DNA of 64,000 bases, from positions 1 through 64,000 of the forward strand of contig JAHEAD010000005.1 in assembly GCA_019721075.1 (NCBI GenBank). Direction: 5' to 3'. Every line of letters begins with the position of its first letter. The first letter of the stretch is position 1. Origin of the DNA: Candidatus Sysuiplasma jiujiangense (lineage in GTDB: Archaea; Thermoplasmatota; Thermoplasmata; Sysuiplasmatales; Sysuiplasmataceae). A program made the translations under genes and the position numbers. The notes beneath the pieces were generated by a model, which saw only the letters and a list, made by a program, of their open reading frames with translations, did no database searches and was not told the DNA's origin. Of this stretch, positions 49,746-61,732 are shown one piece after another.

Positions 49746-51041
49746 TTAGAGATTGACAGTAAGCCATACAACCACAAGCGTAACAATTAACACCGGCAAT
49801 GCCAGTTTAAATCCCGTCTTCATATATTCTGCAATGCCAATTTTTATGCTGTTCTTTCTCTCAAGGGTATGAAGCCAAAGAAGAGTGGCAAGTGAACCGA
49901 TAGGTGTGAATTTTGGTCCCACGTCATTCCCAACGACATTGGCAAATATAAATTGCGAGTTCACTTGTCCAGTGAATTTCGCAATTGCCAGATTCCCGAT
50001 CATCACAGACGGCATGTTGTTCATGATCGCAGCCATGAAGGCAAAAAGCAGGCCGGCTCCGACAACATTCAGGGGTCCGGGCAGTGATACCATGTTTAGA
50101 AGGGCTGAATGAACAATCGAAGTGAGTCCTTCTCGTCCCAGTCCGAACACTGTAAGATACATTCCGAGTGAAAAAAGCACCACCTGCCATGGAGCGTCCT
50201 TCAGCACCCCGCTGGTGTCTATCTTTTTTCTAAATCTGGCAAACAGAAAAAGGAATGCAGCAGAAGGAACAGCTACAAATGAGACAGGCAGATTGTAAAT
50301 TCCTCCAATGGAATAGGCAATTATGAGGCCGATAATCATAGGCACTGCGATTCCCACTATTATTCTGTCTTTTATTGCCTCTGAAGGGACACCAATTTTT
50401 GCGGTTTCATAGATGGGTGGAATACTTCTTCTGAACAGCAACCAGAGAACCGCTATGCTTACCAAAACCGATGAAATGTCGGGAAGGATCATTACTTCAG
50501 CGTAATGCAGGAAACTTATTGAAAAATATCCGGAGGCTACAATATTGACGAGATTACTTATGACCAGCGGAAGACTGGCCGTATCTGCAATGAAACCTGC
50601 CGCCATTACAAACGCTACGATGCTCTTTTTGTCCATTCCGGTTCTTGTCATCACAGATACAACAATCGGTGTCAGTACGAGAGCGGTTCCGTCATTTGCA
50701 AAGAAGGCAGAGATCAGCGCACCGAGCAGAATTATCATTATGAACAGCTTCTTTGTATTTCCCTGTGCATTGATTGCTATCCTTGCTGCCCAGTACTCAA
50801 AGAAACCCGCTTCATCGAAAATCAACGTAAGTATTATTACCGCAACAAACGTAAAAGTCGCATTCCAGACAATCGACCAAACAATGAATACATCCCCGAC
50901 CGTTGTTGCGCCGATCAAGACACTCAGAACGCCACCCGCCATGGCGGTATATCCTATGCCGATGTTTCCCGGTCTCAAGATTACGAGGCATAGTGTGGCG
51001 ATAAATATCGAGAGGGATGCGGAAAATAGCAGATAGTTCAG
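49746..51041 (-). CDS. arsB: Arsenite efflux permease; inferred CTG start at 51041
   Basis: VWNAT.TFVAVI, AFFANDG.ALVLTP, FIADTASLP..ISNLVNI, NNMP.V and GPK.TPIGSLATLLW. The first TM helix lies upstream of the ORF-track TTG 50978. Confidence 0.9.
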   Translation of the reverse strand: MNYLLFSASLSIFIATLCLVILRPGNIGIGYTAMAGGVLSVLIGATTVGDVFIVWSIVWNATFTFVAVIILTLIFDEAGFFEYWAARIAINAQGNTKKLFIMIILLGALISAFFANDGTALVLTPIVVSVMTRTGMDKKSIVAFVMAAGFIADTASLPLVISNLVNIVASGYFSISFLHYAEVMILPDISSVLVSIAVLWLLFRRSIPPIYETAKIGVPSEAIKDRIIVGIAVPMIIGLIIAYSIGGIYNLPVSFVAVPSAAFLFLFARFRKKIDTSGVLKDAPWQVVLFSLGMYLTVFGLGREGLTSIVHSALLNMVSLPGPLNVVGAGLLFAFMAAIMNNMPSVMIGNLAIAKFTGQVNSQFIFANVVGNDVGPKFTPIGSLATLLWLHTLERKNSIKIGIAEYMKTGFKLALPVLIVTLVVVWLTVNL

Positions 51042-51194
51042 AAAAATACCGCCTTTCCTGATGTGCTTTCCCGTACTCGAGAGTGAAACCGGTGTTTTTC
51101 AGAAACGCCCGCTCCCAGAGGACTCGCCATTCGCTTGGAATCGTTCATTTAAGCCACTCAGTTTCAGACTTTCCATCCACGCCTGCCGAAAATG

Positions 51195-51584
51195 TCATGT
51201 GGACATTTCCGATATTTCTCTGAAAAGTGGATTGATCAAATTGTCTGTAAGGAAATTTTTCGACAGACTGTAGAAAACCCACCTTCCAACCCTTCTTCTT
51301 TTTATAAATTCCTCTCTTTCAAGTATCCCCAGCTCATGACTTATTGAAGGCTGAGGAATGTTGAGCGCGGCCGTCATTTCGCAGACACACATTTCTTTCC
51401 TTGAGAGCATGAGCAGGATGACAATGCGATTGTGCCCTCCTAGAGCTTTGAACATTCTTTCAATATCTGCAACTCTCTTCGATGCCGGAGGAGACATAAT
51501 CGATTCCGCCAGTTCCCTGGCATTCTTGAGATCTGCGTTTGAACACAGTTTGATTTCCTTCAGTCTTTCAAGACTTCCTTTCAA
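51195..51584 (-). CDS. arsR: ArsR/SmtB metalloregulator
   Basis: FKAL...R..I, EMCVCE metal box, PQPSISH.L and G.WV.YSL. Upstream of arsB. Confidence 0.88.
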   Translation of the reverse strand: MKGSLERLKEIKLCSNADLKNARELAESIMSPPASKRVADIERMFKALGGHNRIVILLMLSRKEMCVCEMTAALNIPQPSISHELGILEREEFIKRRRVGRWVFYSLSKNFLTDNLINPLFREISEMST

Positions 51585-51634
51585 CCGATTTTCGGACGTG
51601 GATGCACACCACGATCAACTGTATACTGAAAAGC

Positions 51635-51672
51635 AATATTAATAGTTTCATATATGTTAATTAATTAATATT
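51635..51672. promoter_or_regulatory. Imperfect AT-rich inverted repeat, candidate ArsR operator/promoter
   Basis: AATATTAAT...CATATATG...ATTAATATT, 50-90 nt upstream of arsR. Confidence 0.45.
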
Positions 51673-51752
51673 TCTAACCGACTGCGTCGACCCGATCCCG
51701 ACCTATTTGTTAAAATACGGGAATGTCAGATATCTGCAGGAGTTGACGGACG

Positions 51753-52616
51753 GTGCAAAAAGTCATGGAGCTTCATTTGCTCAATAAGCTACATCACGGT
51801 TCTATTTTCGATATACTTCCATCCATTCCTGATGAAAGTGTCGATTGTATTTTCGCAGATCCTGATTACAACGTTGGCGTCAAGTATCAGGGAAAACGGT
51901 ATACGACGGACTTCAACAGTTATTTGGGCGAGTGTATAGAATGGGCGCGTGAAAGCCGGAGAATTTTGAAGAGAGATGGAAATTTCTTTATAGTAAACTA
52001 CGGCAAAAACAGTGCATATCTCCGTGTCAATTATCTGGATAACGCCTTTTATAACGTTTATGAATACGTTTGGGTGTACAGGACAAACATCGGTCACGGA
52101 GAGCATCACTTTACAACCGCGCATCGAATAATTCTTCACTGTACGAAGTCTCCGGATAACAAATTCTATAAAGATGCCGTAGCCCAGCCCTATCAAAATC
52201 CCGGCGACAGGAGGATAAAAGAACTGATTAAGTCTGGTTCCCCAGGGAGAATGCCTTATTCCTGGCTCGAGGGGACTGCGGACGGCACGGCCAACTCAGA
52301 AAGGGACTGGTTCGAATTCAATCTCGTGAAAAATGTCGGTTTTGCAAAAACATTCCATTCATGCCAGATCCCGGAAAAACTTTCAGAAATGCTGTTCAGG
52401 GCGACCTGCAGGAAGGGAGATACAGTGTTGATTCTATTCGGCGGCTCAGGATCTGAAATTGCAGTTTGCCATCGCCTTGGACTGAACTGGATAAGCGCCG
52501 AAAGCATTCCTGAATACTGTGGGATTATCGAAAAGAGGCTTGCTAATGACGGAATGGTCGCGGAGTCAGACAGAATGATCAATTTTATGAAAAGAAAGGC
52601 AGGTCATAAGAAGTAA
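51753..52616 (+). CDS. Beta-class N6/N4 DNA methyltransferase with variant motifs; orphan
   Basis: SVDCIFADPDYN (motif IV DPDY), H.CQIP.KL and GDTVLILFGGSGS (motif I). Confidence 0.8.
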   Translation: MQKVMELHLLNKLHHGSIFDILPSIPDESVDCIFADPDYNVGVKYQGKRYTTDFNSYLGECIEWARESRRILKRDGNFFIVNYGKNSAYLRVNYLDNAFYNVYEYVWVYRTNIGHGEHHFTTAHRIILHCTKSPDNKFYKDAVAQPYQNPGDRRIKELIKSGSPGRMPYSWLEGTADGTANSERDWFEFNLVKNVGFAKTFHSCQIPEKLSEMLFRATCRKGDTVLILFGGSGSEIAVCHRLGLNWISAESIPEYCGIIEKRLANDGMVAESDRMINFMKRKAGHKK

Positions 52617-53334
52617 GCGTTAAACAGTTCCGCAGTTTATTCCCAAATTTGCACTTAAAATGTTCTGTTTATTTAATGGGATCTTCGTTTGGATGCCGCT
52701 GAAGCGATTGCTTGCTATCTAGAGCAAATGGTTGATCAGTCATATCGCGATCCGGCGCACCTATCACCCGTATTGTAATTGTTGTGTTGTTTAGGCGCTA
52801 TGCGATTCTAATTTTCAAAAGGCGGTAAAAAAAGCGTCTTCAGTCTTTCCCTCTTTTGAACGATGTATCTTACAATCGGTTCCTTTCATCTGTCTTTGGC
52901 ATCAATGAATCTTTCAGAACTCAAATGCAACAGAGAAGGTTGTATCGCAAATCTGATGGAAAACTGCAAATTGATGAAGCTGCTGCGCATCTATTCAGGA
53001 ATGCCGGGATATGAAGTCGTGCTACCCCCTCTCCATATTTTCGGAGTAAGGGATTTTCAGAGGGACTCGATTGAGAACGTGGAGCTCATAAGCAATGCCA
53101 TGAGCAGATGACTTTGTCTTTCCTGAATTCCCATTATTCCAGCGGTTCGCCTTGGTGAGGGCAAGTTGCAGAAGACACCGCTGTTCCGCCATTCTTCAAG
53201 AACATAACAATTATCTTTTTCCCGCCAGTTGTAATAAGGAGATGTCCAAGTATTTTCAAGTCGGCAATAGAGCATGCTCGTAGCCACAAAAACATCGCGG
53301 AATCAGGTAAAGATCGGGGAGAAGTGAGAACAAC

Positions 53335-53906
53335 TCACTTTGATGGGCGCGGACCTTCTCTTGGGAATCTTCTTCTGAAATGACTAGATGGCCTGCCGTA
53401 GAGAAACTCCAGGAACCACGCCTCACGTTCAGTTTCTTCAGTCATAATTCTCTGAGCGAAATCGTATGTTCTATGGTCATTGCCACCGGCAATCATGTGA
53501 CAGACCTCAGACCACACGCAAATTGCACACTGCTCAGCCCGAAGCGGCACCTTCAATATCGATTTGTGGTCCTTACAATCATCTGGCAAGTAAGCATCCG
53601 GGTACGATGACTGGTCGGCGAATTTCCTTATATCACTGGGAGGTTCTCCGTCAAGTTCGTAGATCCTTGGAGTCATCAGCTCGAAGTGCAGCCTGTCTTC
53701 AAATCTTGCATCCACTGCAATCTCCTTCAGCCTCTCGCCTTCAGGCCCAATAAGATGCATTCTGAGAATTGTGTAGTAATGGTAAGTTGCAGGTTCGGCA
53801 CCAACTGCCCTGACAGGTTTTTCAATCAATTTGTCGACGTTCACTCCTGCTTTTCAATTTCCTATCTTCCTGCGACCTGAATATTATCCTTCGCATCCAA
53901 GTTCAT
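53335..53906 (-). pseudogene. dps: Dps-like (DpsL / thioferritin) pseudogene
   Basis: [35 protein letters not shown] and EAWFLE.LYGRPS.HFRR. The reading frame from ATG 53906 hits TAG at 53862-53864 and a frameshift near 53851; conserved residues are altered. Confidence 0.85.
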
Positions 53907-54188
53907 AGTATCGGCATAATCCATCTGAGCACTTATCACTAATCGTTCTTAATAACCGGATTCAGAGAGTATGGATTTGTTTTCGATCAAATGATCCATC
54001 TGAAATGCGACTAACCTAACTGTACCAGTGCTTTGCAGATACACTTACCTATTCCATTCAGGAACAATTGTGCGTAAGAATTGAGTATCGCCTCTGCATT
54101 TACCGGTTGACTGAACACTGCGGCCAAAATCTTTCCTGATTGCAACGCAAAAATATCTTATACTTGAATAATGAATTAAAGAACAGGA

Positions 54189-54356
54189 ATGGCGAAAAAG
54201 AAAGGTGAGGGTTTCCAGTCTGCCGCGGGTCTTATCAGATATTTTGATGCGGAGGACGAAAAGGCTCTGAAATTGAGCCCTTGGCTAGTGATTGCGCTCA
54301 TAATTGCCACCGTTGTTATACTGGAATATCTTACAGCCTTCTACCCACTCGGCTGA
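54189..54356 (+). CDS. secG: Preprotein translocase subunit Sec61beta (55 aa; absent from the ORF track)
   Basis: MAKKKGEGFQSAAGLIRYFDAEDEKALKLSPWLVIALIIATVVILEYLTAFYPLG, with the SAAGL.RYFD signature and one TM helix. Confidence 0.93.
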   Translation: MAKKKGEGFQSAAGLIRYFDAEDEKALKLSPWLVIALIIATVVILEYLTAFYPLG

Positions 54357-54487
54357 ATTGCAAAAACATCACTTATTCCGTCATGACTAAAAAACGAGCG
54401 CTAGCCCGTGAATTTATACCATCTGTCAGGAACAGTATTTTTAACATGCCGCTTCATGGTCAGTGAAGCGGGTCAGGTGTGAATTCG

Positions 54488-55033
54488 ATGAGAAACAGTT
54501 CAGCGGGCACTGTATTGATCCTTGTTGACATGATTAATGAATTCGTGAGCGGGAAATACGGCTCTCCCAGGGCAGAAAAAATGGTGCCTCATGTGCTCAC
54601 ACTGTTGAATAAAGCCCGGCAGGCTGAAATCCCTGTAATCTATGTCAGGGATGCGCACAGGGAAAACGACCCTGAATTGAAGGTATGGGGAAAGCATGCA
54701 ATGGAGGGTACCACAGCCTCTGAAATAGTGACAACCCTGAAACCGGAAAAAGACGAGACTGTATTCAGTAAGCGGCAGTACTCAGCATTTCTGAATACAG
54801 GCATTGATCGGAAACTGAAAAGAATTGGCGCCAGAAGTATTATTTTTGCAGGGATAAGCGCTGACATATGCGTCCAGCATAATGTTGCTGATGCATTCTA
54901 CAGGGGGTACACCACATTGGCTGTGAGGGAATGTGTCGAGAGTATAAGCGCGGATGCGAAGGAGAGAGCGCTAAAGTATATGGAGACAATCTACGGAACA
55001 AAGATACTGAGCCTGAAACAGGTGGAACTCTGA
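54488..55033 (+). CDS. pncA: Nicotinamidase / isochorismatase-family cysteine hydrolase
   Basis: D-K-C triad (LVDM, KRQYSAF, DICV) and metal ligands RDAH...KHA. Coupled to pncB. Confidence 0.8.
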   Translation: MRNSSAGTVLILVDMINEFVSGKYGSPRAEKMVPHVLTLLNKARQAEIPVIYVRDAHRENDPELKVWGKHAMEGTTASEIVTTLKPEKDETVFSKRQYSAFLNTGIDRKLKRIGARSIIFAGISADICVQHNVADAFYRGYTTLAVRECVESISADAKERALKYMETIYGTKILSLKQVEL

Positions 55034-56232
55034 AGAAATTCTTTACGGCTACAGACAAACAGATTGATAGTGGCTATACAACCGACGTTTATTTTACGAG
55101 AACAAGAAAAATACTCAAAGAAAACGGTCTAGAAAAGCTGAAAGTGACTGCCGAAGTAACAACCAGCGAATTGCCGGAAGGATGGATATGGGGAATCTAT
55201 TCCGGACTTGCTGAGGCACTGAGACTTTTCGAGGGCAAGCCAGTGGATATATACTCCTTCAGGGAAGGGACAGTGTTCAGAGCCAAATCAAGACAGGGTG
55301 TGCTCGTCCCCGTCATGACAATAACCGGCGCTTACTATGATTTCGCCCTCTATGAAACGCCTCTTCTTGGTTTCCTCTGCCATTCGTCTGGTATTTCCAC
55401 TGTCTCATCCCGCTACAGAATGAGATGTGGCAAAAAGACACTTCTTGCTTTCGGCATAAGACGTGCGCATCCAGCTATTGCTCCGATGATTGACAGGGCA
55501 TCATATATCGGAGGATGCGATGCAGTATCTTCTATTGCAGGTGCGGAATTAATTGGTCATCCACCCCAGGGAACTATGCCCCATGCAAGTGTAATCGTTT
55601 TCGGCGATTCGGCAAAGGCATTTGCAGCTTATTCTGAATCTGTTTCAGGAGATGAAAAGAAGATAGTTCTCGTCGACACGTTTTCAGACGAAAGACAGGA
55701 ATCACTTCTGGCTGCAATGAATATCAAGGGACTCTACGGTATCCGGCTGGACACGCCAAAGTCAAGGCGCGGCAGCCTTCCGTCAATAGTATCGGAAGTG
55801 CGCTGGGAGCTAAACAGTAAAGGCCATGGTGACATCAAAATATTTGTATCAGGCGGAATCAGGGAGGATGATTTAGCCGATCTCATAGACGCCGGTGTTG
55901 ATGGTTTTGGCGTCGGCACGGCTATAAGCAACGCTTCCGTGATAGACTATTCCCTGGATATAGTCGAAGTCGACGGCAGCGCTATTGCAAAGAGAGGGAA
56001 GTTTTCCGGTCGAAAGGAAGTGTACCGCTGCCCTGACTGTTTTCAATTCGATGTCCTCCCCGAAGGTAGCGGAGTCCCCTCCTGTAATGTTTGTGACTTG
56101 AAGGAGGAGAAAATGCTGAGGAAAGTAATGTCAAAGGGCAGACTCGTTTCAAAAACAGAAAGTCCTGATGAAACACGCAATTATGTGATAAGACAGCTGT
56201 CAAAAATACGGATGCCTGACATGTCTACCTGA
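55030..56232 (+). CDS. pncB: Nicotinate phosphoribosyltransferase; inferred CTG start at 55030
   Basis: TDVYF.RT, FGIRR.HP, GTMPH, LVDTF, IRLDTP.SRRG, VSGG, FGVGT and KRGK motifs. Confidence 0.92.
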   Translation: MKKFFTATDKQIDSGYTTDVYFTRTRKILKENGLEKLKVTAEVTTSELPEGWIWGIYSGLAEALRLFEGKPVDIYSFREGTVFRAKSRQGVLVPVMTITGAYYDFALYETPLLGFLCHSSGISTVSSRYRMRCGKKTLLAFGIRRAHPAIAPMIDRASYIGGCDAVSSIAGAELIGHPPQGTMPHASVIVFGDSAKAFAAYSESVSGDEKKIVLVDTFSDERQESLLAAMNIKGLYGIRLDTPKSRRGSLPSIVSEVRWELNSKGHGDIKIFVSGGIREDDLADLIDAGVDGFGVGTAISNASVIDYSLDIVEVDGSAIAKRGKFSGRKEVYRCPDCFQFDVLPEGSGVPSCNVCDLKEEKMLRKVMSKGRLVSKTESPDETRNYVIRQLSKIRMPDMST

Positions 56233-56412
56233 TTCCTGGCAGGCCTTCCTGCCCTTCACTCTTTCAGTTACGGCATCAGTGTCGATTTTCCGGTCTGCCG
56301 ACAATTGTTTGTCTTTCCGAATTAACCTGCCATTTTATTCAGTCTGTCTTGCTGCTTGACTGCTGTTTGAAGGATGAATAAAGTTTAATGCATCCGGGGT
56401 TATGCCTGAACG

Positions 56413-56643
56413 ATGACAATTAATCCGGATGGCATAATCGCTGGCAGGAGACTGGAAAGCGGCCGAGTGACATGGTCGCATAAATACGATATGAACGTGG
56501 TATTCGTGCCTCCTGATGATTCAACAGTCTGTTCCAACTGTGGCGCGGCGCTGATAGCCGGAGATGGCAAGTGGCATCCAGTCAGGCTGAAGGATAGCAA
56601 ATATTATTGCGAGAACTGTCCAGTCACCCTACCGTCAGTGTAG
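56413..56643 (+). CDS. Small CxxC...CxxC zinc-finger protein
   Basis: CSNCG...YCENC, preceded by a TTTAAT TATA-like box about 25-30 nt upstream. Confidence 0.6.
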   Translation: MTINPDGIIAGRRLESGRVTWSHKYDMNVVFVPPDDSTVCSNCGAALIAGDGKWHPVRLKDSKYYCENCPVTLPSV

Positions 56644-56918
56644 CTCAGCACCCCGCCTGGGCATCGGCATCGGTTTGAACCAACTGTAAAGCTGGAATTC
56701 AGCAGAGACTACCCGGAGAGCAGAAGCAGGATTCAATCAGAAGAAGAAATACGAAAGAGTATATTAAATACCTTAAAGTACGAGAGTTCGGCATAATAAA
56801 TATGAATGGAGCAGACTGAATTGAAGGGCAGTGCCTCCCTGCAGGGCAAAACAGGTCGCTGCCGTCCACGCAACTGGCTTACGCTTCTCATGTCAGTTAA
56901 TGAAAGAAAGGTGATTGT

Positions 56919-59823
<2,905 letters not shown>

Positions 59824-59834
59824 CCCCAGTTATC

Positions 59835-60365
59835 TTACTGACCACTGTAGCTGCCGAAGAACCAGTCAACAGTGCTCCCCTGGTGAATTGTTTCGTGCAG
59901 CACACCGTACAGGGCCAGCGAGCCGTTTACATCATACTGCCAGTAGAGACCGAGTGTATTGCTGTTGGAAACACCGGCTATAGATGTTATGAAATAGTCA
60001 GAATATTCAGGATAGTAGGTTTTCACTATCATAAGGCCGTATCCCGCGGTAGATCGCATAATTCCCGACGATTCGTTCATCAGCACCCAGACGTCAGGAG
60101 TGCTGACGGTCACGTTCTCAAACACATATGTCGTGATATTTGATGCCTCTTCAGTGAATTCCCATTTACCGCCGGTCATTCGCCAGAAAACCTTGTATTT
60201 GTAGAAACTGTGAGGATGCCCATTGTTGAAATCAATGATCAGTGTTGCTCTCACTTTATGTCCGGCAACAGCTCCGGGAGTTAAAACGGAATAGGCAGCT
60301 ATGGACAGTATGGCAACAGCAGAGACGAAAACAGCAAGAGCTGCCTTTCTTCTTCCCCCTGTCAA
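59835..60365 (-). CDS. Membrane-anchored DUF4430-like protein
   Basis: N-terminal TM helix, FITSIAGV.N, YWQY.VNG and G.TVDW. TTG 60365 avoids the overlap with PAC2. Confidence 0.7.
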   Translation of the reverse strand: MTGGRRKAALAVFVSAVAILSIAAYSVLTPGAVAGHKVRATLIIDFNNGHPHSFYKYKVFWRMTGGKWEFTEEASNITTYVFENVTVSTPDVWVLMNESSGIMRSTAGYGLMIVKTYYPEYSDYFITSIAGVSNSNTLGLYWQYDVNGSLALYGVLHETIHQGSTVDWFFGSYSGQ

Positions 60366-60384
60366 GAGTTTCGTCCCCCTAGTT

Positions 60385-61200
60385 TCAACTATAGGCCGGG
60401 TTATTTTCGCTGAAACCCAGTTCTCCCTGAGGCCTGGATTTTGAAAGGGCATCCTTAATCGCGTTCTCTATTTCGGTCGCCTTCTTGTAGAGCGGTTTCG
60501 GATCCAGCTTTATGAGTGGCAGCATGTGGTCTAGCACTTCGATAGTTCTGGCAGCCGATCTCGCACCCGGATAATTTGCAGGCGTTTCTGCGAGTAGTGA
60601 AATGACGTTCCTCCTGCTGACCGATCCCTTGTGAAGCAGTACGCCTGACAGGCCGCCAACCATCCCGTCACTCATCTGCTCAACGCCGAAATCCTTCAGC
60701 ATGTGTCTTGCCTCCAGCGTGCTTCCGACGCCAAAAATCGACGGCTCTGTCTGAGCGGTGTCAGATGGTGTGTTTATTCCTTCGAGTGAAATTATCGTGG
60801 AACTCCTTTTCCTCGCGCTCCATTCAAGAATACAGTTAGCAAGCGCATCCATTGTGTCCGGCGGAGGTGTGAATTCTGAGGTTATCACAATGACCTGCTG
60901 GCATTTCTTCTCAGGTCCGCAAACATGGTCTCCACCATAGATCCTGACGGGCGGATTTGGAACACCGTCGATTACGACCGCTGTAGGTATGAAAAATCTG
61001 GAAGAGATGTATCCTATGCGCTTGAGATCCAGTTGCCTTATCACATGGTTGGCAACGATGGAACTAACAAGTCCTATGGTCGGGAAACCCACAAGGACAA
61101 GGGCTTCGGTTATTTCCATCCTCGTTTCTTCAACAATTGTCAGTTCGTCCGATAGTGATTCCGATACATTTGACGCGGCCGGCAACATATTGTCATCCAT
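60385..61200 (-). CDS. Proteasome assembly chaperone PAC2 family
   Basis: VGFPTIGLV..I, PPVRIY, G.VGG.SG.LL and LAET...YP.ARSAA motifs. Confidence 0.9.
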   Translation of the reverse strand: MDDNMLPAASNVSESLSDELTIVEETRMEITEALVLVGFPTIGLVSSIVANHVIRQLDLKRIGYISSRFFIPTAVVIDGVPNPPVRIYGGDHVCGPEKKCQQVIVITSEFTPPPDTMDALANCILEWSARKRSSTIISLEGINTPSDTAQTEPSIFGVGSTLEARHMLKDFGVEQMSDGMVGGLSGVLLHKGSVSRRNVISLLAETPANYPGARSAARTIEVLDHMLPLIKLDPKPLYKKATEIENAIKDALSKSRPQGELGFSENNPAYS

Positions 61201-61276
61201 AAGTCTATCACACTTGTTATTTCATAAACTATTCGTCGTTTTTGAGCCGGTAAGTTCGGAATGTGCCGAAAGAGCA

Positions 61277-61729
61277 TCAGACGGAAGAGGTGCTGTGTTC
61301 CCGTCTGCCAAGCCCTTTCATCTTCTCCATAATTTCTATCAGGCTTTCGACTTCATTGCTGCTCAGGAGGTCAAGCTTTGACTGGACTAGCTTCAAGTAC
61401 AGCTGGTTCGCCTCTCTGAATACCTGCCTGCCGGACACCGTTGTCGACACATAGATAAGCCTCCTGTCCCCCTCCTTCCTTGTCCTCTCCAGCAGACCTT
61501 TCTCTTCCAGTCTGTCAGTAAGGAGCGTGACACCTGCCTTGGTCAATATCAGTTCTTCAGATATGGCCACCATCGTCATAGGACCGTTTTTCTCCAGAAT
61601 GGAAATTATCTTGAACTCGATAAATGAGATCCCGCACTTTCCAAGTTCCCTGTCAAAATCCCTCTTCATCATCCTGGCCGCGTCTATGAAGTTAGACCAT
61701 GCCTTCATGGATTTTTCCGCCCTAGACAT
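61277..61729 (-). CDS. MarR-family regulator
   Basis: TKAGVT.L.DRLEEKGL.ER and DRR...V..T..G motifs. Confidence 0.92.
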   Translation of the reverse strand: MSRAEKSMKAWSNFIDAARMMKRDFDRELGKCGISFIEFKIISILEKNGPMTMVAISEELILTKAGVTLLTDRLEEKGLLERTRKEGDRRLIYVSTTVSGRQVFREANQLYLKLVQSKLDLLSSNEVESLIEIMEKMKGLGRREHSTSSV

Positions 61730-61732
61730 GGA

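Noticed and set aside
53862..53864. In-frame TAG in the dps-like gene as pyrrolysine or readthrough
   Set aside because: It is followed by a frameshift and many damaging substitutions, so pseudogenisation explains it.
56634..56710. GTCAGTGTAGCTCAG resembles a tRNA 5' end
   Set aside because: It overlaps a CDS stop and no cloverleaf follows.
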